Assembly: GCA_026770705.1 (NCBI GenBank)
Contig: JANJGN010000013.1
Location: forward strand, 121,148,001 to 121,212,000
Length of the DNA stretch: 64,000 bases
DNA from: Isurus oxyrinchus
Taxonomy: Eukaryota
Direction: 5' to 3'
Below the pieces are notes generated by a model. It searched no databases. It was not told the origin of the DNA and worked only from the letters and a program-made list of their open reading frames with translations. Within the stretch, counting starts at the first letter, position 1; the number at the start of each line of letters is the position of its first letter. Both the position numbers and the translations under genes were made by a program. Positions 38,161-51,380 of the stretch are shown here, piece by piece.

Positions 38161-41130
38161 TATTCATTAGGATGGAAATAATTCTTCATTAGGATGGAAA
38201 GTGAAGTAGTCCGATCTGAAACTAGGGTCTTACATCTTAACAAAAGAAACTATGAAGTATGAGGTGTGAGTTGGCTAAGATAGATTGGGGAACTTCATTA
38301 AAAGGCAAGATGGTAGACAGATAATGGCTAATATTTAAGGAACGAATGTATACATTGCAACAGTTATACATTCCTTTCTGGTGCAAAAACACAACAGGAA
38401 ATGTGGCCCAACCATGGCTAACAAAAGAAATTAAGGATAGTAATAGATCCAAAGAGGAGTCTTTTAAAGTTGCTAGGAAAAGTAGCAAGCCTGAGGATTG
38501 GGGGCAGTTTAGAATTCAGTAAAGGAAGACCAAGAGATTGATTAAGAGGGGAAAAATAGAATATGAGGGTAAATTTGCAAGGAACATAAAAGCGGACTGT
38601 AAAAGCTTCTATAAGTAGGTAAAAAGAAAAAGATTAGCGAAGACAAATGTAGGTCCCTTCCAATCTGAAACGGGAAAATTTATAACAGAGAACAAGGAAA
38701 TGGCAGAGCAATTAAACAACTACTTTCATTCTGTCTTCACAGAGGAAGACACAAGTAACTTCCCAGAAATGCTAAGGACCCAAGGGTATAGTGAGAAGGA
38801 AGAATTGAAAGAAATTAGTATTACTTGAAAATGCGCCAGCAGACAAGGCCAGGTTACAAAAACATTAAAAGGGCAATAGTGCTGGTGTTATGACACAACA
38901 GTTGGTAAAGCTAAGTTATTTAAAAAGCCAGAAGGAAACCTTAATCAATTGTCATAACCTATATTTTCAACTGGTATGTTTGAGAGGCAGCTCTGAATTC
39001 AGTTCTTGCCAGTTCTTGAGAGGTTTTTATATCAAATTACATGAGGCATTTATTAATTTACACAAGTTAAACATATACACATAGCTACAAATTACTATCA
39101 CAACTTTTAACTAATTCCCAAACTAATCTCCACGAACGCAACAGCAACCCATAGACTTTAAACGGACACCAGGTAAACCATTTATACCTTACAAATTCAA
39201 AATGAAGTTCCTTTGCAGACACAGTGGTAGGCTTACAAGCTTTGATGTTATATTGCCTCTGCCCTGCACACATAAAACTGCTATATGTTATACCCAGCAC
39301 ACTTCATTGAATGTAAATTCTCATTGTATCACCGGCCCCTTTGAACTTCACCACTTCTAACAATAAAACCCCTTCATAGTACCAATTTTATTAATAATAT
39401 AAACATTGCTTAGTCTCTGCTAGCTTAGTGCCAGATTTCACTCCCTTTCTTGAATGCTCTATTCAACAGAATGCTCTACCTCGCTTACATCTCAAAACTA
39501 GTATACATAAAAGCACCCAGACAGCTGGCTTTAATTCAATTAAGACAAACTAACCCCCATTTAAAAAAAAATAATTTCCAATACCGTTATATACATTAAT
39601 AGTTTCATGACAGCTGGAGAAATTAATGGGAGTGAAAGCCAATAAGTCCCAAGGGCGCGATAATCTACATCTCAGGGCACTAAAGGAGGTGGCTGTGGAA
39701 ATAGTAGATGTGTTCGTTGTCAAATTCCAAAATTCTGTAGATTCTGGAACAGTCCCGGCAGATTGGAGGGTGGAAAATGTAACCTCACTATTTAAAAAAG
39801 GAGGGAGGAAAACAGTAAATTATAGAATGGTTAGCCTAACATCAGTAGTAGGGAGAATGCTAGAGTCCATTATAAAGAATGTGATAACATGATACTTAGA
39901 AAATATCAAAGGGATTGGACAAAGTCAACATGGATTTATGAAAGGGGAATCATGTTTGACAAACCTACTGGAGTTTTTTTGAGGAAGTGATTAGCCGAAT
40001 AGATGAGTGAGAACCAGTGATTCTGATGTATTTGGATTTTGAGAAAGGTTTTGATTAAAGTCCCACATAAGAGGTTAGTGTGTAAAATTAAAGCATGTGG
40101 GATTGGGGGTAATATATTGGCATGGATTGAGAATTGGTTAGCAGACAGGTAACAGAGAGTAAGAATAAACGGGTCTTTTTCGGAGTAGCAGACGGTGACT
40201 CGTGGGGTACCACAGGGATAAGTGCTTGGGCCCCCGCTATTCACAATATGTGTCAATGATTTGGATGAGGGATCAAATGTAATATTTCCAAGTTTGCTGA
40301 CGACACAAAACTTGGTGGGAATTGAGTGATGAGAAAGATGTTAAGAAGCTTCAAGGCAATTTAGACAGGTTGAGTGAGTGGGCAAATGCATGGCAGATGC
40401 AATATAACGTGGAGAAGTGTAAAGTTAGCAACTTTGTTAGGTCCTTGTCCACCAATCACTGAAAGCAAGCATGCAGGTGCAGCACCAATTAAGAAGGCAA
40501 ATGGTATGTTGGCCTTCATTGCAAGAGGACTTGAGTACAGGAGCAAGGATGTCTTAACAACACCTGTGCAGTGCCTTGGTGAGACCACACCTGGAGCACT
40601 GTATGCAGGTTTGGTCTCCTTACCTAAGAAAGTATATACTTGCCATTGAGGGAGTGCAGCGAAGGTTCACCACACTGATTCCTGGGATGGCAAGATTGTC
40701 ATATGAGGAGCGATTGGGCTAATTAGGCCTGTATTCACTGGAGTTTAGAAGAATGAGAGGGGATCTAATTGAAGTGTATACAATTCTGGAAGGGATGGAC
40801 AGGCTGGATGAAGGATGATATTTCCTCTGGCTGGGAGTCGAGAACAAGGGGTCACAGTCTCAGGATACGGGATAGACCATTTAGGACTAAGCTGAGGAGA
40901 AACTTCTTCACTCAGATGGTGGTGAACCTATGGAATTCTCTGCCACAGAAGGCTGTGGAGGCCAATTCATTAAATATATTTAAGAAGGAAATAGATAGAT
41001 TTATGGACTCTAAAGGTATCAAAGGGTATGGGGAGAGCACAGGAATATGGCGTTCAGATGCAGGATCAACCATGATCAGGCTCAGAGCAGGCTCAAAGGG
41101 CCGAATGACCTACTCCTCCTATTTTCTATG
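38161..41130 (+). mobile_element. CR1 LINE (5'-truncated), inserted in ORF1 of the antisense CR1
   Basis: ORF2 motifs WRVENVT, QHGF, FADDTK and WNSLP. 3' tail gggccgaatgacctactcc...ttctatg. Confidence 0.88.
38886..39612. mobile_element. Solo LTR
   Basis: Termini TGTTATGA...TCATGACA. 5-bp TSD gctgg at 38881-38885 and 39613-39617. Interrupts a CR1 ORF2. Confidence 0.85.
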
Positions 41131-42069
41131 TAATAATCCAGGGATTATTACCTTTGAGGCTCTGCTTTTTAATTTAGCCCTAGCTGCTTATACTCTGAAT
41201 AAGCTTTCCTAGTCATATCCATGTTGTTGGTACCTACATGGACCACAACAATTGGATCCTCTACCTCCCACTGCAAGTTCCTCTCCAGCCCAGAGCTGAT
41301 GTTCCTACCCTGGCACCAGGGAGGGAACATAGCCTGCAATATTAGACAATGACATTGTGAAGGGTGTGATTTTTAGGTCTACTCTTCAACACCTGGTGTG
41401 TACGGGCTGAAATTCTTAAAAAACTAAGAAAGGACCTGGAGTTTTGGCAAAAGCGGCAATTCACAGGTTCATGTTACCCCTGGCTCTCTTCCATGGTCTT
41501 GTCCACATCTGGATGGCACTGGAGAGGGAACATGTGCTGTTCATTGATATGCTCAAGGCCTTCTATGACTGTCGGCACACTCATTAATTGATATGGATAA
41601 GTTTATGCTTTAGCTTCTCTTAGTTTCATTGAACCTCATGTTCAGATTATGATATTAGCAGTGCCTCCACGAGGGAGGTGCTTGTAGAGCTGTTTTTCTG
41701 TTTAGTGATATTGGAAAAACATCCCAGCACAGTTGTTGGTCTAATCAGTGTAGACATGTCCAGTCTTTGAAAATATGAGATAGCAGTTGATGCCAGTAAC
41801 TGAATGTGAGAAATAAGAAGGTAACAAATTAAAGTGAATGAGGGAAAGTTGCCAGTAGTTGGATACAAAGCGTGATGAACCAGACTAATGAGTTAGGTTT
41901 CAAATTGAGTTGTAATTGCATTGAGATTATTATTTAGTGTATTAGCATAATGTATATTTAAAATATACTGATGTTGCTCATGCATATTCTTTTTCCTGGC
42001 TTATAAACTTTGAAAGATTAGCCACCCTTCACTGCATTGTTATGATGAGATCCTCTAAAAGTTCTCCAT

Positions 42070-42455
42070 AAGAAAGAAGAAACAACTGAACTTATTTAGC
42101 ACCTAGCCTATTCTGGGATGTTCCAAAGCATTTCATGCTCAATCTCCTAATTTACATATAGCAACATTCCACAAACAACCGATGGGTTAAATGAATAGAT
42201 AATCAGTTTTTGGTGCTATTAATTGAATGTTGACTAGGACACTGGGAGAACTCCCTGCTGATCAAAAAGTGTCATGGGATCCTTTGCAATCACTCGAACA
42301 GGATTCTGAATTAGTGTCCCATTTGCAAGACTGCACCATTGGCAATGCAGCACTGCCTCATTACTGCATTACGTGCTCAAGTCCAGGGCTCAGGCCCAAA
42401 TTTACAACTTTCTGACTTGAAGATGAATTTGCTTCCACTGAGCCAAAATGATACT
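42070..42455 (-). mobile_element. Deu-domain SINE
   Basis: Antisense L2-type tail (gggatgttccaaagc), Deu-like core (gggagaactccctgct...catgggatcc) and tRNA-like head (cccactgagccaa). Confidence 0.65.
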
Positions 42456-42810
42456 AAGTACCAATTTGTTCAAAATCCAGTCACCACATCCTGTCCCACC
42501 CAAAAGTGGCTCCCTGCTTCCTAGTACATTACATTTAAAGTCCTTGCTCTTGTTTTCAACTCCCTCTTGTTCTGGTCTCGCCATTTCTCTGCAAGCTCAT
42601 CAAGCATATCCCCTTTCTGCACTGTTCAGTCCTCAGACATTAGCCTTTTGTGTACCCCCATCCCATCACTTGTCCCTGTAATTAGTAACAAAACCTAAGG
42701 CATTCCTTAGTGACCTATTTCCCAAGGTATTTCAATTTTTGAAGCACTTTGGGATGCCTTTTATCTTACAGGCATTAAGTGACTGCAAGCTGTTTTTGTT
42801 TTTGCTATAG

Positions 42811-42923
42811 GTTGCCTTGGAGACACACAATTCAGCTTTCGAATCCGAAAGACAGTGGGGCACAAGCTATCCATGGATGGAGATGAAGAGAAGTACAATC
42901 GAGATGCGCCAGTTGTTCTTCAG
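42811..42923 (+). CDS. DENND6B: DENND6B coding exon 4
   Basis: Acceptor tttttgctatag|, 113 nt encoding (G)CLGDTQFSFRIRKTVGHKLSMDGDEEKYNRDAPVVLQ, donor |gtgtat. Phase 1-0. Confidence 0.93.
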
Positions 42924-45169
42924 GTGTATTTTAGATTTAATTAATTAAATTTTTAACATCTATTTATCAACAATTAAACAGCCAGTCAAAATAAATGTTA
43001 AAGCATGTACTGATGCAGTTCAGAATGATCTTGTACTAGTTCTGGTGCAAAACATTATTCATAATTCAGTACATGAAACATAGACCTTAAATTATTCCTC
43101 AAAATTCAAAAGACAACTTTGAGGCTACTTCTTGTTTCATCTACTTGTTATGCATTATTTTTATCTATTACACACCTTTCTCCTATCTTCCTTTCACCTG
43201 TCCCTACAATATAAATGCTAGTTTGTTCTCTTTCCACTTAATCTAATTCTAATTTGCCTGCACTTTTTACATTCTCTTTCAGTTTTTTCAGGAATAGTTA
43301 TCCATTTTCTTCTTAATCTCTTATAGCTTTGCTCCTTCCTATTTGTGTTTTCTGTAACCTCCTCCTGCATTGCAACTACATCTTGCACCTGGAACTGACT
43401 ATTCTTCTGAATTTGGCCCCGGTTCCCTTTGCCCCATTTTTGGTGGTTGCACCTTTAGCCACCTTGGCTATGCTCTATGGAATTCCTTCCCTAATACTCT
43501 ACCTCAGTCTCCTTTAAGACCCTCCCCTGACTAAACTTGTTGCTGTTTCCTAGATGTTCCCCAATTCTTAGGTGTGCAAAAGGCTGGGAGAATCTACTAA
43601 ATGGAATAGCTTGCTAAACAGATTGGCATCAGGAATTTGGTGAGAGTGGGAATTCAGTGCAGAGTGATAGGTGCTAAGAACTGTAGCAGTGGCTTAAACT
43701 TGGAGCTAGGCACCGCAAGAGATTTGACTGTGTATGAGAAAAGGAAAGAGTAGAAATAGAGGAGTAGTCATAGGGGATTCGATAATTAGGTGTACAGACA
43801 AGCTTTTCTGTAACTGCTAATTGTGGTTCCTGAATATTATGTTGCCTCCTTGGTGCCAAGGTAACAGATATCATCAAACAGTTGTAAGTGGAAGGAAACA
43901 GTTAAGAGGTGGTGACCCATGTTGGACCCGTAGAAAAAGTGTTGAGGTCCTCAGGCAGAATTTCAGGAGCTAGGAAAAAGATTTTTAAAAAAAATCTCAG
44001 GATTACTCTCAGTGCATTGCTAGTTAATATAGAAATAAGAGGATTGTGCAGGTAAATGTGTGGCCACAGAAGTGTTGCAGGTTTCAGAAATGTTGGAAGA
44101 TTTCAGAATTTTGGGGCATTGTGACCAGTTCTGGGGTAAAGGGCACCTGTACAAAATGGTTGGGTTGACCTTAAACAGAGTTGGTCCAATGTTCTTGTTG
44201 GGACTGGTTAACCGGTACTGTTGAGGAGGGTTTAAAATAATTTTGCAGGGGTGGGGAATGAAACCACAAAATAGCAGCAAGGAGCAGCAGTGAGATCAGA
44301 GGACGGAGGTATCAACAGCAGTAAAATTGGAACTATCCCAAAAATCTCAGAGCAGATTGAGGAAAGTAGTAAAAGTGACAAAGGAGGTATTAAGTTGTGT
44401 CTACATCAATGTCAGTAGTGTGACTAACTAGGTTGGTGGGCTGTTGGCACAGATTGCCACTTGGGATTATGATGTGTTTGTAATAGTGGAGACATGGCTT
44501 ACACAAGGGAGGAATGGGGTTTTTTAATATTCCAAATTCTCAAGTATTCAGGAATGATAGAGAAAGTAAATGGGAAAAGATTGTGATTGTATTGATTAAA
44601 GATGTTAATGTTATAACTAGAAAAGATATATTAGATATTTCTAGGGCTGAACCTAACTGGGTTCAACTAAGGAACAGAGAGGGAGCTGTTAGTTTGCTGG
44701 AAGGTTTTTAAAATGTAGAGCTCCCAATAGTGAGAAGGGGATGGATGAGCAAATTTGTTGGCAAATTTCAAAGGCATATAACAAAAATAGAGAAGTAATA
44801 TTAGGAGACCTTTAGTATGTAATTGCCTAGTATAAGCTGGGAAAAACCTGGTGCTAAGGTTAGAGAAAGAGATGAGTGCCTGTTATGTGTACAGGACAAC
44901 ATTCTCGATCAGTACGTCTCCTGGCCAACAAGGAAGCTACCACTATTAAAATCAGAAAGTGCTGTTAACTACTTAACAGGTCTGACAGATTGGAAAAAGT
45001 GATTCTAGGGTAAAGCAGTAATGGAACAATGGAAAGCATTCGGGGAAGAGAGTTCAGGCAAGAACTAGGCATATTCCTGGTTGACAAAGGAAATAAAAGT
45101 TCAAATAAAACAGAAAACACAGCTTGTGATAAAGGTTTGGAGCAAAATTCAGTTAATAATCAGGAAGAT

Positions 45170-46465
45170 TAAGGAAAACTTTAGTGACTGTAAGCCAGTG
45201 TCCAGTGGCGTACCACAGGGATCTGTGCTGGGTCCCCTATTATTTGTCATTTATATAAACACCATAGATGACTATGTGGGGGGTAGGATTAGTAAGTTTG
45301 CGGATGACACAAAGATTGGCCGGGTGGTTAACAGTGAGGTTGGGTGTCTTGGGCTACAGGAAGATATAGACGGGATGGTCAAATGGGCAGATAAGTGGCA
45401 GATGGAATTTAACCCTGAAAAGTGTGAGGTGATACACTTTGGAAGGAGTAATTTGAGAAGGAAGTTTTCAATGAGTGACATGACACTAGGACGTTCTGAG
45501 GAACAAAGGGACCTTGGCATGTGTGTCCATAGATCTCTGAAGGTGGAGGGGCATGTTAATGGGGTGGTGAAAAATGCGTATAGGACACTTGCCTTTATCA
45601 ATCGAGGCATAGATTACAAAAGTAGGGAGGTCATGTTGGAGTTGTATTGAACCTTGGTGAGGCCGCAGCTGGAGTACTGTGTGCAGTTCTGGTCACCTCA
45701 TTATAGGAAGGATGTGATTGCACCGGAGGGGGTGCAGAGGAGATTCACCAGGATGTTGCCTGGGATGAAACATTTAAGTTATGAAGAGAAGTTGGATAGA
45801 CTTGGGCTGTTTTTGTTGGAGCAGAAAAGACTGAGGGGCGACCTGATTGAGATGAACAAGATTATCAGGGGTAAAAACAAAGAAAACTGCGGATGCTGGA
45901 AATCCAAAACAAAAACAGAATTACCTGGAAAAACTCAGCAGGTCTGGCAGCATCGGCGGAGAAGAAAAGAGTTGACGTTTCGAGTCCTCATGACCCTTCG
46001 ACAGAACTTGATGACCCTTCTGTCGAAGGGTCATGAGGACTCGAAACGTCAACTCTTTTCTTCTCCGCCGATGCTGCCAGGCCTGCTGAGTTTTTCCAGG
46101 TAATTCTGTTTTTGTTTAAGATTATCAGGGATGTGGATAGGGAGCAGCTGTTCCTCTTCGTTGATGGGTCAGTCATGAGAGGACATAAGTTCAAGGTGAG
46201 GGGCAGGAGGTTTAGGGGGTAATGCGAGGAAAATCTTTTTTACCCAGAGGGTGGTGATGGTCTGGAATGCATTACCCGGGAGGGTAGGGGAGGCGGGTTG
46301 CCTCACAACTTTAAAAAGTACTTGGATGAGCACTTGGCACGTCATAACATTGAAGGCTATGGGCCAAGTGTTGGTAAATGGGATTAGGTAGGTAGGTCAG
46401 GTGTTTCTCATGTGTTGGTGCAGGCTTGATGGGCCGAAGGGCCTCTTCTGCACTCTGTGATTTTG
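45170..46465 (+). mobile_element. Younger CR1 3' portion
   Basis: Open SGVPQGSVLGPLLF...KFADDTK...LEYCVQFWSP. Tail gggccgaagggcctcttctgcactctgtgattttgt. Confidence 0.9.
45871..46117. mobile_element. Palindromic mini-PLE (two inverted 3' tails) with 13-bp TSD
   Basis: Arms 45907-46006 and 46018-46117 are reverse complements with one mismatch. TSD aagattatcaggg at 45858-45870 and 46118-46130. Confidence 0.92.
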
Positions 46466-46953
46466 TAAAAACAGGAAAGAATTAAAAATCTTAATATGGG
46501 AGACAAAGACAGGTTATGAGAAAAGATTAGCAGGCAGCGTTAATTTGAACCTAAAGTATTTTATGTACACTTGAAGTGTAAGTGGTTAGCTAGGAAAGAA
46601 GTTGGACCTATTAAGTACCCAAGGGAAAATCTTCATATAGAGACAGAGGACATGATTCAGTAATTAAATGAGTACAGGTAATTTTCATTTGTCTTCACAA
46701 AGGAAGCCTATGATGTGAAAATCACAGTAAAAGAGGAGAGGAAATTTATGAAGAGGATAAAAATTAATAGAGAAGATGTAATAAAAGGTTAGCATTACTA
46801 TAAGTTGATAAGTCTATTTATCTGGTATTAGTGCATCCTACGTTGGTGAAAGAAGCAAATGTAGATTGGCTGAATGGCATTCTTTTGTCCTATAAGATTT
46901 TATAATTCCATGATATGTTTTGTATGTTAACTTATTCAAATTATTTTTTTCAG

Positions 46954-47034
46954 CGGGATCGAGCACATTATTATGGATTTGTCTACTTCCGACAAGTCAA
47001 AGATAGTACAGTTAAACGAGGGTATTTTCAAAAG
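46954..47034 (+). CDS. DENND6B: DENND6B coding exon 5
   Basis: Acceptor tttttttcag|, 81 nt encoding RDRAHYYGFVYFRQVKDSTVKRGYFQK, donor |gtaatc. Phase 0-0. Confidence 0.94.
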
Positions 47035-48589
47035 GTAATCTGTCTTGTTTACAGTATGAAACGGACTGGTTTGTGCATTGGTCAGAGTCAACAATTTGAC
47101 AAAAACATTTAAGTTTGAGAAGTTTGCCTGCCTCATTATACTAATGAAGAAAAACTGTAAGTTCTGTGATTTATTAGACTGCCTTATTGAATTGGAGAGA
47201 AACCTTGTGCTCAGATCAACAGTTTGCCTTACTGAACAATAACAGGAAACTATTTCTTTTTGATTTAATTATTCTGCCATAACACTTAAGAGTGCAAACA
47301 TTCAACTTTGTTATGTGTTCCTAAGACAGGGAATGCACAATTGTCTTATATAATGAATTCTGCACAACGGATTTTCTAATTGATAATGCACAATTTTTGG
47401 CAGAAAGTGAACATTACCAATTGAGATGCAGTGCAGAGATTTTCTGTGACAGTCACTAGTAGTACCATGCCTGTGGAGGAGTTTGGCTGTAGTCAGCAAG
47501 CAACAAAATTTGTCATGGTGCCCCTTGTAAATTGGAGCTTTTGTACATCATGTGCAGTTCCAGTAGGAGATTTGATGGATGCAGAAGTTGATGTTTTTTT
47601 AAAAGCTGTTTTTATATTGAGCCTAGTTACATTTTAGTCAGTTTGCCTGGATATTCTTCAACCTACTTGCCACACTTGCTACAATCCAATTGGGGACTGT
47701 TAACATTTAAGTAGAAATCCGAACACCTTGTTTTATCCAACAGAACTAAGCCACAAGATTTCACTTTTTTTAAACAAAGGACAACTTAGTTGTTTATAAA
47801 AGAATTAATTAAAATTAAGCACCATTAACTTAACAATATAGTTTATAACTATGCATGTTATGCACTCAGATTTACTTCTTTCCCCAAGAATTCTATTATA
47901 AGATACTTTAAACTTAAAGTTATTTACTTCTGCAGGGGCTACCCATAAGTATGCCACAGCCCTCTGGAGAATTCTCCTCATCTCCAGCTATTCTCAGTGG
48001 TAAAGCTTTCATTTACCATCACTTGACTATGGATACCTCAGCCCCTTGTTCTGGTTAACTTCTTAATACTTCACAGTTAATTCGGTTGATTACTTTCTTT
48101 TGCTACAAGACTCTGGAGGCCCATTGTAGATTTTCCCACTAGCTTCAAATTAGGCAAACTTCTGGCTTCTGTTCCTTCACAGAATTCAAACTGAGATTAA
48201 GCCTCACCCGCATCCCACGCAGTGAATAATGAAGTTAGTTTTTTGCTCTGCTTAGAGCGCAACCCTAGCTAACCATCAGGCTATCTCTTAGTGAGCTATA
48301 AACCACACAAGGTCCAAACTGCAACTATCTTTTCCAGCCAAACCCAGGTAAATTGAAACCAGAGAATCTCCGTAAGTTCCACTCACCTCCATGATTACTT
48401 ATTTATCATCAGTAAATAGGAGAAAGGTGATACAGGAAGAGATACACAGACAAATTAGAAAAATGCAGCAACAGCAGTGCCCTAAATAATAATTGTCCAA
48501 GGAAATTTTGGGGCAAAATTAATGTAAATTAAAAAGGTTGGATTTCTCTAATGCACCCAGGAACGCTTTCTAAATTAGCATGTGATGAC

Positions 48590-50700
48590 AACTGCTCTGT
48601 ACATTAGGACTTGCGGATGTCTTTGTTGTCAAACATTCGCTGCCATAGTTTACAGAAGGCTAAGCTGGTGCAGCTGATCCAATGTTACTTCTCCTGTTCA
48701 CTGATGGCCTATTGAAAGAGGTGGCTGCCAAGGTATGGGAAGTACTCAACATATTTCAGAGTCTTCAACATATATGGGAGGTGGAATATTTGGCTGACCA
48801 TTGGATTAATGAGAGTTTGGTTTTGGCAACATTCAAGGACAGACAGAGTTTCTTGTATGCAGAATTGAAGAGATGATAGTGGCTTGCAAATCTGGTGCAG
48901 AATTGGCAATGACACTGCTGTCATCCACAAACTGTAGATCATGTACATCTGTGATTGTCAGTTTAGTTTTGACACAGAAGTGACTGAGATTAGATAGTTT
49001 TCCATCTAGGTGCTATGTAATACTGACACCAGAGGTCAGTTGATCTTTTTTGTGGTGAATAGCCACTGTCAGGTAGATTGTAAATAGTATGGGGGCTATC
49101 ACACAGCCTTGCATCTCCCACTCAAGACAGTTGCAGTCATACCATCATGAGGCAATTGCAGGATTGTCATGAAGTTTCTTAGGCATCCAAATCTTTGGGG
49201 TATTATCCACAGAGCCTCGCAACTTATTGAGTCAGATGCTTTGATCAGGTTATTGAGCACAATTAAGAGTTGCTGGTGGTGTTGTGGACCTTTTTCTTGG
49301 ATTCGCCTGGCAGCAAAGACCATGTCAGAGGTTCCTCCAGAAGCTCTAAAGCCACACTCTGACTCTGGGAGGATTTACACAGCATGATTTATTTCCCTTT
49401 GTGAAGACAGTTACAATCCCTGGAGTCGGGGGGAGTTGGTGAGGGGGTGTTTGTGGAATGCTGAGTACTTTTTCCACCCAAATACGTAAGATGAGTGCTT
49501 GGAGTCTTGATGTGAGCTAAGGCCCACCAGCTTTGAAGAGATCAGCTGGCGTACCATCAAGGTTGCAGGCTTTGTTGTTTTTCATCCATTTGATTGCTTG
49601 TTGCAATTCTCCCATCAATGATGGTTCACCCATGGAATCTACCACAGAGTGTTGGGGGATAACCTGGAGAATATTAGGTGCTACTGTGGATTCATGTTTG
49701 AGAAGTTGTTAAAAATGTTCTTTCCAATGCTGATGGATGGCATTGTCACCTTCAAGAAGAGAAACACTACCCTGTGAACGAAGGGGATTTTGCCCATTTG
49801 ACCTTAGTCTGTCGATGGCCCTGGTGGTTTCAAAAAAGCTTTGCATGTCATGATGATCAGCATATTGTTGAATCTCTTGTGCTTTTTCTTCCCACCACAG
49901 GTCCTTTATCTTCCAGATTTGTCTTTGGGCATCAGCCTTGAGCTGTTGTAACACTGCCTCCTTAACTTGCGACCTTGGGTTGTACTGCCCAGCAATGAAG
50001 GCTGCTCATTTTTATTCTAGGAGGTCGCATATTTCAGCATCGTTTTCATTGAACCAGTCCTGGCGATGACGATTAACAAACTCAGTGGTCTGGACACAGG
50101 AGTATAGTACAGTTGACTTTATTTGATTCCACTGTTCTAGAATTGACTTGGATTTGTGAAGATTTTCCAGATTGGTTGTGAGCTGCATTTGGAATTCCCC
50201 TCTAATTAGGCTGCTTTAGGGGTGAGACATTGATCATCTTCCCCTAGACTTCTGGGCTTTGGTGCTAGGTGGATGTTGATCACCAATTGATCAAGTTTAT
50301 GATTTGTCTAGCAAGCAGCACTCTCCTGCATTGATCAAATAATACAGACATCACTTAGATCTTTGACCCAAGCATGGATGTAATCCAGGAAGTGACAATG
50401 CTTTGATTTAGGATAGCTCCATGTGGTTTTGTATTTGTCCATTTGGAGCAAGAGGGTGCTTATTATGTTGAGGCCATGCTGAGCCCACCTAGTTTTTCCC
50501 AAAGATTCCACTCCAGATATCAGAGTTATGACCAACCCTGGCCCCCTAGAAGGATGATCTATTCTTCTTTTGAAGTGGCAGTGAGACTTCAGCAAAGTCA
50601 GAATAGAACTTTTCCTTCAGAGGATAAGCGTTGATCACGGTGGCATATTGGTTATGGTTGAGCTGTAGATGAAGTATCATGAGCTTTCAATTATATATTT
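48590..50700 (-). mobile_element. RTE-clade LINE, decayed
   Basis: KTTWSYPKSKHCHFLDYI, WWEEKAQEIQQYAD, WKEHF, MVFAARRIQEK and VEYFPYLGS, all characteristic of RTE ORF2. Confidence 0.85.
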
Positions 50701-50749
50701 TGTTCTTTAATGCACCTGTTTTGCTCCTTTATCTTGCCTACAACTCAGT

Positions 50750-51380
50750 GGGGAGAATTTTCTCCCCGTCGGTGGGGGGGTTGTGTGGGGGCAGGCGTGG
50801 GGAGGCATACAGCCGATCGGCGGCCCCAATTGGCTGGGCGACGCCATTTTACACGGGCGGGCCTTAATTGGCAGCCTGGAAGCGCTGAGCGCTCCCTGTG
50901 CTGGCGGGGGGAGTAGGCTGAGTCGGGGAGTGCGCTCTTTTACACTTCTGTGCCTCAGGAAGATTAGTTTCATGTATAAAACATTGAATAAAGAGAGAAA
51001 AAATTTTAAGGACATGTCCCCTCATGTGAAACTATCACATGAACTGGGACATGTCCGTTAATGTAAATAAAATTTTTTCCAACACTTTAAAAACATTCAT
51101 GAAACCTCATCCTGCCCATGGATGAGGTTCCATGAGAAATATGAAGGCTGCCTTAAGGTTGGACAGGCAGATCGGGTCAATGATTTAATTGATTGTTAAA
51201 TGGCCTTATTAGGCCTTTGACAGTTCGGCGGGCGTGCAGCCGACTCGGGTGTGCACCTGCTGAACTGAAAATCTGAATGGCGCGCAGTGACGTTGTGGTG
51301 AATGCCCGAGGTCAGCCTGTGTCATTTTATGCCTCGGTGAGTGGGCCCCGCCCCCGCTCGCTGAGCCCAAGATTCTGCCC
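50750..51380. mobile_element. Harbinger-type MITE
   Basis: TIRs ggggagaattt / aagattctgccc, 3-bp flanks agt/aat. Internal catgaaacctcatcc...ggatgagg hairpin shared with the copies at 58136 and 61310. Confidence 0.78.

Larger units (their letters stand above)
32515..41340 (-). mobile_element. Long antisense CR1 (3' tail to ORF1 esterase), interrupted by younger insertions
   Basis: 3' tail at 32515. ORF2 pieces at 32530-33140 and 36319-37830. ORF1 SGNH-like LPGA...PIVVVHVGTN at 41220-41335, continuing from 38160. Confidence 0.82.
43760..46860 (+). mobile_element. Old CR1 (ORF1 esterase through early ORF2) hosting a younger CR1
   Basis: IGDSII and CCLLGAKV ORF1 motifs at 43770-43870, EN motifs at 44390-44930. 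Resumes at ~46470. Confidence 0.72.

Noticed and set aside
45081-46103. 189-aa and 149-aa ORFs as host genes
   Set aside because: They are CR1 ORF2 fragments. The second reads into the palindromic PLE tail.
47698-48433. Possible second solo LTR (tgttaac...gataca)
   Set aside because: Its composition resembles 38886-39612, but no matching TSD or clean terminal inverted repeat could be established.
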